Origin: an uncultured Clostridia bacterium
Lineage (GTDB): Bacteria > Bacillota > Clostridia > Oscillospirales > Ruminococcaceae
Direction: 5' to 3'
DNA: 61,984 nucleotides
Assembly (NCBI GenBank): GCA_937901465.1
Contig: CALGTU010000028.1
Span: 1-61,984, forward strand
The notes under the pieces are model-generated. The model was not told the origin of the DNA and searched no databases. It saw only the letters and a list, made by a program, of their open reading frames with translations. A program made the position numbers and the translations under genes. This document shows, in pieces, positions 9,727 through 18,273 of the stretch (position 1 is the stretch's first letter; each line of letters opens with the position of its first letter).

Positions 9727-9993
9727 ATGTCGAAAGATACAAAAAAGACCTTAGCCTTTCTTTTCTTTCTCTTAGCGGGAATTTTAATAGGCTCTGCCGT
9801 AGCTTATTTTACAAAGGATATCTTCTTCCTTTCATGGTTATCCTATGGAATAAATTTCGGTATTCCCAGTTCTACTTTAGACCTTTATGTTTTCCGTCTT
9901 ACAGCGGGCGTTGAACTTGATGTAAACATAGCACACGTTATATTCATAATAGTGTCTATTGTGGCGTATACGAAAATCAGCCCTAAACTGTAA
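9727..9993 (+). CDS. DUF4321-like small membrane protein
   Basis: 88 aa. LLAGILIGSAV...LSWLSYGINFG...LDL..F.LT.G....NIA matches the DUF4321 pattern as I recall it. Confidence 0.7.
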   Translation: MSKDTKKTLAFLFFLLAGILIGSAVAYFTKDIFFLSWLSYGINFGIPSSTLDLYVFRLTAGVELDVNIAHVIFIIVSIVAYTKISPKL

Positions 9994-10093
9994 AACGAGA
10001 AATCCGCGGTTTATTTCGTCGTTAAACTCGCTCGAAATACCCTCGTATTCCTTCGCTCATTTGCCTATAACTAAACCCCGTCTTTTCGTTTTA
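9991..10093. repeat. About 100-bp element with terminal inverted repeats, starting at the host TAA stop
   Basis: TAAAACGAGAAATC ... TCTTTTCGTTTTA. The interior CGTCGTTAAACTCGCTCGAAATACC is shared with 59145-59172. Confidence 0.55.
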
Positions 10094-10105
10094 TCACAGA
10101 ATGAG

Positions 10106-10137
10106 AAAATCCCCCTCGCAAGAGGGGGAGTTTTTTG
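10106..10137. terminator. Bidirectional terminator
   Basis: CCCCCTC-GCAA-GAGGGGG stem-loop flanked by A- and T-runs. The 18-nt core is identical to the one at 38321-38338. Confidence 0.8.
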
Positions 10138-10196
10138 TGTGATTATTTGTTTCGGCAAGGTTATTTCATAACCTTTTGCCGACCATACTTTCTTCG

Positions 10197-10257
10197 TCAC
10201 CGAGTCGTTTTTTTATTCCGAAACAAAGTCGGAAACGATATGCCAGCACGGGCTCTG
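10197..10257 (+). repeat. Intergenic repeat family copy
   Basis: TCACCGAGTCG..TTATTCCGAAACAAAGTCGGAAACGATATGCCAGCACGGGCTCTG. Confidence 0.6.
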
Positions 10258-10259
10258 TT

Positions 10260-11045
10260 CTATCCTTTATAATGACGATATGCTCCGCCGACGGAACCGC
10301 GTTTTATGAACTTTCTCGCTTTTCTGAACTGGTCTGAATTTGCAACAGAAAGAAGATGTTCCCTGAAAGCGTCTCTTCTTCTCTGCTTTTCAAGAATTCT
10401 TTCTCTGCAACTTTCGATAGCCTTTGCAATGCCCATGGGTCTTCTGAAAAAATCAGGAATTTCAATACCCTCTCTCATCTCGCCCGCACAGCTGATATCC
10501 CAGCTTCCGCCTAAGATAAAATCGCCGTTTTCTATCGAATAATCAAGAAAATCCGCTCTTTGTGAGACAAACCTTGTCGGTGCTATTATGATGATTTTTT
10601 TTCCGAAAAGATAGATATCTTCGATTTCATCAAGCTTTATTACAAAAAAATCCTTATAGTCGTCTTCATGGGGAGAAAGGAAAGATGTTTCTTTAAATTC
10701 ACTGATAACAAGAAATTTTTCCTTTATTTCGATAAATGTATGTTTTTTATGACCGTTTAACTTTGTTGTTGCTATATAAGAACCTATTGTTATAGAAACA
10801 AGCGAAAATCCGAGACATATTGTGAGTATTGTAAAGAAAAAACTGTAGTATTTCGGTGGCATAACAGAGTCTTTTACAAAATAGGATATAAGAGTGAGAG
10901 TAACAACAAGGCATAAGGGCAGAATGTTTGCCAGAAATATTCTGAAATTGTATCTTCTCGCTATCTTTTTTGTATACGCAGAAAACCGCCTCAAAGCCTT
11001 AACAACTCCCCTCTTTTTAAAATTTTCTACATACACATTATACAT
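10260..11045 (-). CDS. Hypothetical membrane protein (two TM segments plus a soluble C-terminal domain with a basic tail)
   Basis: 261-aa ORF. It has no clear RBS or promoter, so confidence is moderate. Confidence 0.5.
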   Translation of the reverse strand: MYNVYVENFKKRGVVKALRRFSAYTKKIARRYNFRIFLANILPLCLVVTLTLISYFVKDSVMPPKYYSFFFTILTICLGFSLVSITIGSYIATTKLNGHKKHTFIEIKEKFLVISEFKETSFLSPHEDDYKDFFVIKLDEIEDIYLFGKKIIIIAPTRFVSQRADFLDYSIENGDFILGGSWDISCAGEMREGIEIPDFFRRPMGIAKAIESCRERILEKQRRRDAFREHLLSVANSDQFRKARKFIKRGSVGGAYRHYKG

Positions 11046-11154
11046 TATTTTTCTACTTTTGTATAGGCATATTGTTGAAAACTATTAATTTTTTGCCCCT
11101 GATTTGTGAAAAGTGTAGAAATTCACAAAGTTTTCAATACAAAGTGAAAAAAAC

Positions 11155-11183
11155 TTGCAATAATTTACTAAATGTAGTATAAT
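11155..11183 (+). promoter_or_regulatory. Sigma-A promoter of the PilZ-ParA-ComFB operon
   Basis: TTGCAA-17 nt-TATAAT. Confidence 0.6.
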
Positions 11184-11222
11184 GATTGATGATTATTATA
11201 GACTAACTCTGTTCAAAGGGGG

Positions 11223-11885
11223 GTGCGCTTTCTGATTAAGAAGGAAAATATCATAAAATTAGAAGTGCGTGACCTTGACGGAGCGGTGCTTCTCTCTACC
11301 CAGAGCTTTGAATTCGCGAGGGATTTTTTCGGAATAGCAGGTAAGGAATTTATCGTTATCAAGGGAAAAAATCTTCCTTCTCTTCCCAAGGGCGAGATGA
11401 TAGACGCGATATTCTATTACCGCAACGGAACGAGAGTTAAAATCAGGACAGGCATTGATGTTGCCTCTGACCAGCAGATGAATTTCCATATCGGAAATGA
11501 CTACATAGTAATGGAAGAAAGAAGAAATTCTTTCAAAGTATATATCGATATTCCCGCAAAGGTTTCTTCATATAAAAGAAACGAAGATATCTATGATTTC
11601 GGGCCTCCTCCGTTAGAGGCGGTAATCAAGAATATCAACATAGGCGGAATATTCTTTAACGCAAACTACTCTTTCGCACATAACGATGTTGTTACAATAA
11701 GCTTTATAAAAGATGATTTTGTTGTTGACGCAAAGATACTCCGTATCCAGCGCGACGAAGCAGGAAATGTTATGGGATACGGCTGTTGTTTTGACGGCCT
11801 TTCCCAGCAGGACGAACAGATTATCTCAAAATTCATCTTTGAATGTCAGCTTGCCGAAAGAGAAAAGGAAAAAGGCAGATTTTAA
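11223..11885 (+). CDS. PilZ-domain protein (candidate c-di-GMP receptor or flagellar brake)
   Basis: EERRNSFKV (an RxxxR-type motif) is followed about 30 aa later by IKNINIGGIFF (a D/NxSxxG-type motif). At 220 aa it is similar in size to MotI/YcgR-class proteins. The GTG start abuts the G-rich RBS, so the start is uncertain. Confidence 0.7.
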   Translation: MRFLIKKENIIKLEVRDLDGAVLLSTQSFEFARDFFGIAGKEFIVIKGKNLPSLPKGEMIDAIFYYRNGTRVKIRTGIDVASDQQMNFHIGNDYIVMEERRNSFKVYIDIPAKVSSYKRNEDIYDFGPPPLEAVIKNINIGGIFFNANYSFAHNDVVTISFIKDDFVVDAKILRIQRDEAGNVMGYGCCFDGLSQQDEQIISKFIFECQLAEREKEKGRF

Positions 11886-11904
11886 CCTTTAAGGAGAGAA
11901 AAAA

Positions 11905-12663
11905 ATGCCGAAGGCAAAAATCATAACTCTTACAAACCAGAAGGGCGGAGTTGGAAAAACAACAACCGTCTGCGCACTCTGCGGAGTGTTTTCTTCAAGA
12001 AACAAAAAGGTTCTCGCTATCGATTTAGACCCCCAGGGCAACCTTTCTTTCAGCCTTGGTGCTTCGATGGAAGGCCTCACAATACACGATGTCATAACAG
12101 GAAAATGCAGTTTTGACGACGCTATCCAGCGAACAGAAAACTGCGATGTTGTTGCTTCAAACATTCTCCTTTCGGGGTCTGAACTTGAACTCAACTCAGC
12201 GGGAAGAGAGTTTATCTTAAAAGAAAAACTCGAACCCCTTAAAAGCCGTTATGACTACATACTTCTCGATACCCCGCCTGCGCTGAGTATTTTAACGATA
12301 AACGCATATGTCGCTACAAACGACCTTATCGTTCCGATGACACCTGAAATCTTAAGCCTTCAGGGGATTTCTCAGCTCACAGATACAATCCTTGCTGTAA
12401 AGAAATATTATAACAAGGCGCTTAATGTAAGGGGAATACTTTTTACAAGATACAACGCAAGATACCTCCTTTCAAAAGAGGTTGAGGATATGGCTGATAT
12501 TGTAGCAAGACAGCTTTCATGTAAAGTTCTTGATACAAAAATCACCCACAACATTCAGGTCGCTGAAGCACCTGCGCATCAGATGACCTTAATCCGCTAT
12601 GCGCCTTCATCAAAGGCAAGTAAGGATTATATAAAACTCGCAGGGGAACTTTATTCGGAATAA
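11905..12663 (+). CDS. Orphan ParA/Soj-family ATPase
   Basis: Deviant Walker A NQKGGVGKTTT, then DLDPQGN and DTPP. No parB-like gene is adjacent. Confidence 0.9.
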   Translation: MPKAKIITLTNQKGGVGKTTTVCALCGVFSSRNKKVLAIDLDPQGNLSFSLGASMEGLTIHDVITGKCSFDDAIQRTENCDVVASNILLSGSELELNSAGREFILKEKLEPLKSRYDYILLDTPPALSILTINAYVATNDLIVPMTPEILSLQGISQLTDTILAVKKYYNKALNVRGILFTRYNARYLLSKEVEDMADIVARQLSCKVLDTKITHNIQVAEAPAHQMTLIRYAPSSKASKDYIKLAGELYSE

Positions 12664-12697
12664 AACATCATCGTAATTTTTCAGGGAGAGGTAGCAA

Positions 12698-13114
12698 ATG
12701 ACCAGAAAAACAAACAAGACAGCTCCTTTACTTCGACTTCTGACAAGAAGCGAAACAGGGGTTATAACAAACCCCATAATGAATGAAGATTTCAAGCAGG
12801 GCGTTATCTATGTAAGAACGGCGGAACCCGTTATAGAAAAGCCCGATGCGGTTGAAATCAACATCATTTCAGAACTTATCGGCGAATGGCTTCCGCAGAC
12901 AATAAAGCGTTTCAACGGATGCGACTGCGCCGTATGCAGAGCTGAAATCACAGTTTCAGCATTAAACGAAATTCCTCCTCGCTATGTAAGGATTTCAGAT
13001 GAAACGGATTTTGATGAAATCAAAGCACTTAAAGAGGAACTTCGCCCCTCGGTTATCAGCACACTTGTTAAACTTGTTCTGAGAAACCATAACGACCACA
13101 GAAAAATTTCATGA
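12698..13114 (+). CDS. ComFB-domain protein
   Basis: GCDCAVCRAEITVSALNEIPPRYV matches the ComFB Cys cluster plus ALN.LPP.Y signature. It has an N-terminal extension of about 45 aa. Confidence 0.75.
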   Translation: MTRKTNKTAPLLRLLTRSETGVITNPIMNEDFKQGVIYVRTAEPVIEKPDAVEINIISELIGEWLPQTIKRFNGCDCAVCRAEITVSALNEIPPRYVRISDETDFDEIKALKEELRPSVISTLVKLVLRNHNDHRKIS

Positions 13115-13126
13115 TGATTACTTTCT

Positions 13127-13167
13127 GGCAAAGCCGTAGATGATTTTTTACGGCTTTGCCCTTTTTT
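13127..13167 (+). terminator. Rho-independent terminator of the PilZ-ParA-ComFB operon
   Basis: 12-bp stem GGCAAAGCCGTA / TACGGCTTTGCC followed by T6. Confidence 0.85.
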
Positions 13168-13317
13168 ATATGGTAAATTTTTCATCGGATTATGACAGAA
13201 TTTCTGCTGAAAACGGTTGTAAAAAGTGAAAGTTTACAAAAAATTTACAATTTTTGTTCTCATTGGATAAAATGTCTAAATTCGAATTGAAAAGTATACC
13301 AAAATTGCAAAAAATGC

Positions 13318-13346
13318 TTGATATTTACTATATAATAATGTATAAT
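13318..13346 (+). promoter_or_regulatory. Sigma-A promoter of the flagellar operon
   Basis: TTGATA-17 nt-TATAAT. It leaves a leader of about 105 nt before flgB. Confidence 0.6.
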
Positions 13347-13458
13347 AGATTTACGATGAAAAATTGTCATCAGAAATATGATAAAACAATCCGCAGATTT
13401 GATAAAAATCGGCGGATATATCGCGTTATGCACATTTTCACGAAAGGAGTAATGCCCT

Positions 13459-13854
13459 ATGTTCAAGAACACATCATTCCGCTTTTTAGAGCAGGGACTT
13501 GACCTTACCTGGCAGAAGCAGAAAATCATAAGCCAGAATATCGCAAACGACAGTACCCCCGGCTATAAGGCAAAAACCGCTGAATTCAGGGTTATTCTCG
13601 ATAAGAAATGCAAATGCAGTTATCATCCCTATTACGACAAAAACGGCGTTAGGATTGACAATTCTCACCCCGAAATGAATCTTACCATGGATGTTACAAC
13701 CGAACCCAACACCAACCAGACACTCGACGGAAACAACGTTGACATAGAAAAAGAAGCTCTCGCCCTCGCGGATACACAGATCCAGTATAACGTTTTATCA
13801 GACAAGATCATGAAGGAATTTGAAATGATAAAAACCGCGCTCAGCAAGGCTTAA
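13459..13854 (+). CDS. flgB: Flagellar basal-body rod protein FlgB
   Basis: ISQNIANDSTPGYKAK rod N-terminal motif, plus its position. Confidence 0.9.
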   Translation: MFKNTSFRFLEQGLDLTWQKQKIISQNIANDSTPGYKAKTAEFRVILDKKCKCSYHPYYDKNGVRIDNSHPEMNLTMDVTTEPNTNQTLDGNNVDIEKEALALADTQIQYNVLSDKIMKEFEMIKTALSKA

Positions 13855-13877
13855 TTCAGGATAAGGAGGAAAACTAG

Positions 13878-14312
13878 ATGTCGTTTTTAAGTTCACTTGA
13901 CATAGCAGGTTCTGCCCTTTCGGCACAGAGAACCAGAATGGATATAATCTCACAGAATATCGCAAATCAGGAAACATACAAGACAGAAGACGGTACCCCC
14001 TATAAAAGACAGCTCGTTGTTTTTGAAGAAGATAAGGATTTCAAGAAAATCCTCGGCGAAAAGACAACAAAAGCCAAATATTCAGGCGTTAAGGTTTCAA
14101 AGATTGTTGAAGACGAAGCACCTCTGACTCCGATTTATGACCCCTCACATCCCGATGCGGATGAAGACGGCTACATATACAAACCAAACGTTGATAACAC
14201 TAAAGAACAGATTGACCTTCTTGCCGCAACAAACGCATATAACGCAAATGTAACAGCACTCGCGGCAGTAAAGGGAATGGCAAGCAAAGGGCTTGAAATC
14301 TTCAAGGCTTAA
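13878..14312 (+). CDS. flgC: Flagellar basal-body rod protein FlgC
   Basis: ISQNIANQET, YDPSHPDAD.DGY and NV....EQIDLLAATNAYNAN motifs. Confidence 0.95.
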   Translation: MSFLSSLDIAGSALSAQRTRMDIISQNIANQETYKTEDGTPYKRQLVVFEEDKDFKKILGEKTTKAKYSGVKVSKIVEDEAPLTPIYDPSHPDADEDGYIYKPNVDNTKEQIDLLAATNAYNANVTALAAVKGMASKGLEIFKA

Positions 14313-14324
14313 AGGAGATAATTT

Positions 14325-14645
14325 ATGTTCATAGTTCCACTTAACAACACAATAACTCCGCTGAATACACCTTCTCAGATAGGCTCATCAGAAAAGGCTC
14401 AGGGCGGAAATTCAAACGAAAACGTCGGCGGATTTTTAGATATCTTTCGTGAATCCTATGACGCCGCCGCTGAAGCACAGAGAATCTCTGAAGAAGACAG
14501 CATAAAGGTTATGACGGGCGAAATCGACGACCCCGCTCAGATAGCTATCAACGCACAGAAAGCGGCGCTCTCTTTACAGACATTCGTTTCACTCAAAAAC
14601 ACAGCGGTTGATGCATACAAGGAAATGATGCAGATTCAGCTTTAA
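14325..14645 (+). CDS. fliE: Flagellar hook-basal body protein FliE
   Basis: 106 aa, C-terminal LKNTAVDAYKEMMQIQL, plus its position. Confidence 0.85.
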   Translation: MFIVPLNNTITPLNTPSQIGSSEKAQGGNSNENVGGFLDIFRESYDAAAEAQRISEEDSIKVMTGEIDDPAQIAINAQKAALSLQTFVSLKNTAVDAYKEMMQIQL

Positions 14646-14686
14646 TCTATAATACACTGGTTTTTTAAACGGGAAGGAAGTTCTTG

Positions 14687-16300
14687 ATGAAGGAACAGAT
14701 TTTGAAAATTATTACCCCGATTAAAGACTTCTGGGCAGCGCAGGACAGAAAGAAAAAACTTCTGATTATAGGCGGTGCCGCGGGGATAGTTGTTGCGGCG
14801 ATAATCGTTGTTGCAATACTCAACTATACCGACTATGAAGTTCTTTATTCAGGGCTCGAAGCCTCAGAAGCGGCTGAAATATATTCCGAAATCGAAACAA
14901 TGGGTATCGAGGTCAAGCTTACCTCGGGGGGAACGATATCTGTTCCCAAAGAGGAAGCAAACACCCTTTATGCCGAACTTGCGGCAAGGGGATACCCCAA
15001 GAATTCGATGAATTATTCGATATTCACAGATAATGTAAGCCTTTTCTCGACGGACTTTGAACGGCGTGAATATGCGAGAATGCAGAGTCAGGAAAGACTC
15101 GGTCAGATTATAAAGAATTACGACGGCGTTTTAGATGCCGCAGTAACACTCAACATACCCGAAACGAAGAACACAGTTATCAGTTCTTCAAAAGCAACTC
15201 CCTCGGCTTCGGTTTCTGTAACACTCCGTGACGGAATGTCACTTGCTCCGACACAGATTTCGGGAATACAGAATATCGTTGCGGCGGCAGTAACAGGGCT
15301 CGACCCCGATTCAGTCGTTATCATCGACGGCGATTTAAACTACATAACAGCGGATAACGCTCTCGATATCGGCGATAACCTCAATGTTGAAAGACAGAAA
15401 CTTATCTTCAAACAGCAGTATGAAGAAACATTCAGACTCGCTATCATCGACCTTTTAGGACCCGGTTACGGCGAAGAAAACGTAAAGGTTGCCGTTAACG
15501 CAGACCTTAACTACGACAAGCAGGTTTCTGAACTCACAGAATACCGCCCCTCACACGATGACGGAAGCGGAATGGTCCAGCATGAAGACCACAGCAATTC
15601 ATCGGGCGCTACAAATGGCGATGGTGATATCGTCGGTGTTGAAACAAACGCAGATGACACATACCCCACAGGCGATGTAGGAAGCAGCAGTGTATGGAGC
15701 GAAAGTTCATCATCTGTAAGCTACCTCGTAACAACACTCAAACAGCAGACGGAAAAAGCAGGTTTCTCTGTTGACGACCTTACAGTTTCCGTTATGATCT
15801 ATACAGACACAGGGTTCCTTTCTGATGATATGAAAGCCGAACTTACTTCGGTTGTAGCGAGAGCGACAGGCGTTTACGAAGAAAGAGTAAGCGTTTCAAG
15901 CCTTTCAAAGTTCGGAACAACCCCTGTTATCGGACCTTCAACAACGGGTTATCCTTTCAACTGGTCAAGACAGCTTTACTTCGTTGTTATGGCGGCAATC
16001 CTTGCATTTATCATCGTTCTTCTCTTCGTTTACATAAACCTTTCAGGCAAGGTAAAGAAGAAGCAGAGAGCATATGACAAGCGTATTGCAAAACTCAAAA
16101 AGGCATATCAGGCACAGAAGGCGGCTTATGGTATCCCCGAAGAAGACTCGAATATTCCTTCACTTGTTGCTCGCTCTGAAGTTGAAACAAGAGAAGAAGC
16201 AATCAAGAGAGAAATCGAAGAATTCGCACATCAGAATCCCGCTATGGTTGCACAGCTCATCAAGAGCTGGATAAGAGAGGAGGGCAACGGAGATGGCTAA
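14687..16300 (+). CDS. fliF: Flagellar MS-ring protein FliF
   Basis: N-terminal TM, YscJ/FliF ring domain, C-terminal TM and a FliG-binding tail. ATG 14687 is preferred over TTG 14684. Confidence 0.95.
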   Translation: MKEQILKIITPIKDFWAAQDRKKKLLIIGGAAGIVVAAIIVVAILNYTDYEVLYSGLEASEAAEIYSEIETMGIEVKLTSGGTISVPKEEANTLYAELAARGYPKNSMNYSIFTDNVSLFSTDFERREYARMQSQERLGQIIKNYDGVLDAAVTLNIPETKNTVISSSKATPSASVSVTLRDGMSLAPTQISGIQNIVAAAVTGLDPDSVVIIDGDLNYITADNALDIGDNLNVERQKLIFKQQYEETFRLAIIDLLGPGYGEENVKVAVNADLNYDKQVSELTEYRPSHDDGSGMVQHEDHSNSSGATNGDGDIVGVETNADDTYPTGDVGSSSVWSESSSSVSYLVTTLKQQTEKAGFSVDDLTVSVMIYTDTGFLSDDMKAELTSVVARATGVYEERVSVSSLSKFGTTPVIGPSTTGYPFNWSRQLYFVVMAAILAFIIVLLFVYINLSGKVKKKQRAYDKRIAKLKKAYQAQKAAYGIPEEDSNIPSLVARSEVETREEAIKREIEEFAHQNPAMVAQLIKSWIREEGNGDG

Positions 16301-17408
16301 AAAAGAACAGCAGAAACAACAGGCTCAGGCTCAGCAGATGCCGCCTTCTCTTCCCTCTATAACACCTATCGGCAGACAGGCGGTTGATGCTGAAACAAAA
16401 GAACAGATACAGAAAATTTCAAGCATAGAAAGAGCGGCGGTTGTTATAACCGCAATCGGAAAAGACAACGCCGCAGAAGTCTATAAACATTTAAGCGACG
16501 ACGAAGTTGAAATGCTCACCTACGAAGTTGCAAAGGCAAAGTTCATTGATATCCGTGCTATAGACGGCATACTCAACGATTTCTATGAACTCTGTCTTAC
16601 ACAGAAAGTTATCACCGAAGGCGGTGTTGACTACGCAAGAGGAGTTCTTGAAAAGGCTTACGGTCAGGAAAGTGCCAAGCAGCTCATGGATAAGGTTTCA
16701 CGTTCTATGCAGGTAAAGGCTTTCGACTTTGTAAGAAAATCCGACTACAAGAACACACTCGCGATTTTACAGAACGAATCACCACAGACCATCGCACTCA
16801 TTCTTTCATATGTCAATCCCGATCAGGCGTCTGCCGTTCTCTCAGAACTTCCGAGAGAAAAGCGAGTTGATGTTGTTGAAAGAATCGCGAAGATGGATAA
16901 TACATCACCTGACGTTATCAAGGCTATCGAATCAACTCTTGAAAAGAAGTTCTCATCACTCGTTATGGACCTTACCGAAATCGGTGGTATCAACTACATT
17001 GCCGATGTTCTTAACCATGTTGACAGAAGCACGGAAAAGTTCATTTTCGACGAACTCATGACAAGAGACGCAGACCTTGTAAACGAAATCAGACAGAAGA
17101 TGTTCGTTTTCGAAGATATTCTCTTTATGGACGATGCATCTATCCAGCGTTTCATCAGAGACGTCGACCAGAAAGACCTTGCTATCGCAATCAAGGGTTC
17201 AAACTCAGAAGTTGCCGCTTGTCTTTTTGCAAACATGCCTCAGAGAATGCAGGAATCTATTCAGTCAGAAATCGAATATCTGCATAACGTTCGTATGCGT
17301 GATGTTGAAGAAGTTCAGACAAGAATCGTATCTATCATAAGAAAACTCGAAGACGAGGGCGAACTTGTTATAAGCAAGGGCGGAAAGGAAGACGAGATTA
17401 TTGCTTAG
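16293..17408 (+). CDS. fliG: Flagellar motor switch protein FliG
   Basis: AAVVITAIG, EVAKA and MFVFEDI motifs with a C-terminal torque-helix region. Confidence 0.95.
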   Translation: MAKKEQQKQQAQAQQMPPSLPSITPIGRQAVDAETKEQIQKISSIERAAVVITAIGKDNAAEVYKHLSDDEVEMLTYEVAKAKFIDIRAIDGILNDFYELCLTQKVITEGGVDYARGVLEKAYGQESAKQLMDKVSRSMQVKAFDFVRKSDYKNTLAILQNESPQTIALILSYVNPDQASAVLSELPREKRVDVVERIAKMDNTSPDVIKAIESTLEKKFSSLVMDLTEIGGINYIADVLNHVDRSTEKFIFDELMTRDADLVNEIRQKMFVFEDILFMDDASIQRFIRDVDQKDLAIAIKGSNSEVAACLFANMPQRMQESIQSEIEYLHNVRMRDVEEVQTRIVSIIRKLEDEGELVISKGGKEDEIIA

Positions 17409-18273
17409 GGTAATTAAATCGACCAATCTTAACTTAGGGTATGAACCCGAACCCGTCGCTATTGATAATACGGTCGTTATAAAACAGAAAGAAATTCCCC
17501 CCGAAGAAACAGAAGGCGATAATGTTTTCAGAGAATTTGTCGCCGAAGATGTCACCGATGTGGTTTTCGAAGCTTCTGAAACCCCGCAGGAAATCGCTAT
17601 GAGAGAGCTTTCTGAAAAGGAAGAACTCTTATCTCAGAAAGAAAAAGAACTTTCAGAAAAAGAACAGTTTATAAATTCTGAGTATGAAAGACTTATGAAA
17701 GAAGCCGAAGAAAAATCAAAGGCACTTTTTGAAGAAACCATAAAAAATGCCGAGGCCGACGCTGAAATCATAAGAAAAACGGCGGCAGAAAAGGGATATT
17801 CCGAGGGGAACGAGAAATCAAAGGCGACAGCGGAAAAATATCTTTCTGCTGCGGCGGAACTTGTTTCACAGGCGACAGCGCAAAAAGAAGCATATTACAT
17901 TTCACATAAAGATGAACTTATCGAAACGGCTTGTTTTCTTGCTGAAAAACTTATCGCAACAAAACTTTCCGAAGATAAATCGATTATTGCAAATATAGCG
18001 GCGAATGCTGCAAAGGATTTCAGAAATTCAGAGAGAGTTAAGATTTCTCTTGCTTCTGCGGATATTTCCGTCGAGGCAACAGCTGATATCGACTATTTAA
18101 AATCTCTTATAAAGGGAATACCCGATATCGAGATTGAAATACTCGAAAACGCAAAATCGGGAACGGTTGTTCTCGATAACGGAAGCGAGATTATAGACGC
18201 TTCTGTTCCTACTCAGCTTGATTTTCTGAAAGAAATTATGGAAAACAGCAGAATCAGAAAAACGGAGGATTAA
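17401..18273 (+). CDS. fliH: Flagellar export ATPase regulator FliH
   Basis: Position between fliG and fliI, a Glu/Lys coiled coil and a FliH-like C-terminus. TTG start overlaps the fliG stop. Confidence 0.75.
   Translation: MLRVIKSTNLNLGYEPEPVAIDNTVVIKQKEIPPEETEGDNVFREFVAEDVTDVVFEASETPQEIAMRELSEKEELLSQKEKELSEKEQFINSEYERLMKEAEEKSKALFEETIKNAEADAEIIRKTAAEKGYSEGNEKSKATAEKYLSAAAELVSQATAQKEAYYISHKDELIETACFLAEKLIATKLSEDKSIIANIAANAAKDFRNSERVKISLASADISVEATADIDYLKSLIKGIPDIEIEILENAKSGTVVLDNGSEIIDASVPTQLDFLKEIMENSRIRKTED

Noticed and set aside
13169-13458. Possible c-di-GMP riboswitch or invertible flagellar switch upstream of flgB, as in Clostridioides difficile.
   Set aside because: The promoter at 13318-13346 leaves a leader of only ~105 nt. 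That leader lacks the GEMM-I conserved blocks (GGGCAAACC, GACGCAAAGCC), and no long inverted repeats flank the region.
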